Shown here piece by piece: positions 62,814-64,000 of a DNA stretch of 64,000 nucleotides. This DNA is from an uncultured Verrucomicrobiae bacterium (GTDB lineage: Bacteria; Verrucomicrobiota; Verrucomicrobiia; Chthoniobacterales; JAFAMB01). Position 1 is the first letter of the stretch. Each line of letters starts with the position of its first letter. The notes below the pieces were generated by a model. It was not told the origin of the DNA. It worked only from the letters and a program-made list of their open reading frames with translations, and did not search any database. A program made the position numbers and the translations under genes. The DNA lies in assembly GCA_963813025.1 (NCBI GenBank), contig CAWEXO010000008.1, forward strand, positions 128,001-192,000, given 5' to 3'.

Positions 62814-64000
62814 ATGCAACGACGTGCGTTTTTAAAAAGTGCAGCAGCGTTAGGATTGGCTGCAGGAACATCAACGGCGAGTGCCGTAGCAGCCCTACGG
62901 CAAACGGCTTCTGAAGGAACCCCTTTACCAGACAACATTGCCGCGGCCCTGGCACGTTTTCGCGAGACAATCCCCCCCAATTTTGATTCCACCTATGTTG
63001 AGAACGCGGTTGTTCCTTTTTTCCTAACCAGCTTCTACGAAGGGGAAAGACCGCTTCTACCGATGATCGATCTTAACCTCAGTAAGGAAAACGCCCTGCC
63101 CCACGATCTTTGGGGCTTGATTTACAAGGAGTGGAAACCGACGCCTGAGGAAGGTGTCACCGTCTTTTTGCAGGGACTGGAGAACCGTGGCGATAATAAT
63201 CTCCGCAAACGAATCTACTTCTCCGCTGTCAGTCCAGATCTATACCATCCGATGTATGGCGATAAGGTTGTTGCTTTCTTCGATCAGCTCATGGCCCCGG
63301 AATTTGCTGGTAAACCCTTCATGCGGCACTATCTCGACTATTATTTCGACATCTATTGGGATCTGCATCTTGGCGTCAAGGGTGAGGCTATCCCAAAGGA
63401 GGTCCGAGAGATTGGAGAGGCCTTTAACACTGTTCTGGCCTATCGCGACCCGCTGCTACCCATCGTCTATGAGAACTACATGGCGGTGCGCAACCTCCTC
63501 GACTTCCTCAAGCAGTGGATCGATGAACGTCTTGAGGATCTCGCTACCGGACGCACCGCTAATCCTGAAAAGACCATGGCCTGGTACTGGCTGAAAAACG
63601 CCGGGGATGGTAAGCATTTTAGCAAGAAGGATATCGTTTTTGAATGTTTCCACAATTTTGTAGCGTTCAGTCAGTGGGGTAATAGTATTTTTGGTATTAT
63701 GTCGCGCCTGAGTGAAAGCGGCGGTGATGCAGAAGTCCGCGAAGCATTCCAAAAGACGATGGCCGGTGATTTCGATAACGCCAATGGTGAGCCGTATACT
63801 CCCTTGGAACTGTTCGTAATGGAACTGTTCCGCACCATTTCGCCCAATGGTGGTAGCATCTCGGCTATCCAGGATGCCCGGGAAAAAACATTCTTTGGTC
63901 AATCACCGCACACCCGCTTCGGCCTGCCGTTTGAACGGAGTAGCTATATCAGCACCCCGCACACCAGCACCAGTTTCAGCCCAATACATTGGAAGAATCC
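62814..64000 (+). CDS. Tat-signal cytochrome P450-like protein (runs off the window)
   Basis: MQRRAFLK Tat motif; open to the window end; FVMELFR (ExxR) and HWKNP meander-like motif; heme Cys not within the window. Confidence 0.7.
   Translation, partial: MQRRAFLKSAAALGLAAGTSTASAVAALRQTASEGTPLPDNIAAALARFRETIPPNFDSTYVENAVVPFFLTSFYEGERPLLPMIDLNLSKENALPHDLWGLIYKEWKPTPEEGVTVFLQGLENRGDNNLRKRIYFSAVSPDLYHPMYGDKVVAFFDQLMAPEFAGKPFMRHYLDYYFDIYWDLHLGVKGEAIPKEVREIGEAFNTVLAYRDPLLPIVYENYMAVRNLLDFLKQWIDERLEDLATGRTANPEKTMAWYWLKNAGDGKHFSKKDIVFECFHNFVAFSQWGNSIFGIMSRLSESGGDAEVREAFQKTMAGDFDNANGEPYTPLELFVMELFRTISPNGGSISAIQDAREKTFFGQSPHTRFGLPFERSSYISTPHTSTSFSPIHWKN

Overview
Bacterial chromosomal window; the gene content and style suggest Verrucomicrobiota, but that is inference only. 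Bases 1-43 kb are mostly housekeeping: an EmrA/TetR pair with twin palindromic operators, hisBHA, prc, fabZ, sufSU, VapBC, tag, rho, yebC, typA, 5-oxoprolinase, rdgB and leuS. This part also holds a selenium locus: a selenoprotein selD with in-frame UGA and SECIS, tRNA-Sec, and a Sec-formate dehydrogenase operon. An IS110 element with a candidate bridge RNA sits inside a REP/REPIN-like inverted repeat, and there is an IS1380 copy and a (CAGTAT)19 array. A ~16.3 kb island is integrated in tRNA-Arg(UCG), bounded by 44-bp att repeats at 43144-43187 and 59447-59490. It is the best candidate for an undescribed system: a satellite-like element with integrase, Xis/repressor switch, a family-A DNA polymerase module with no recognisable primase or helicase, a lambda-like cosQ/cosN site, both terminase subunits and putative defence cargo, but no recognisable capsid, portal or tail genes. 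The window ends in a Tat-signal, P450-like ORF that the ORF track misses. Single-base frameshifts in prc, fdhA, a sugar isomerase, rho and the IS1380 transposase probably reflect assembly indel errors. All family calls come from motif recognition by eye; no searches were run.
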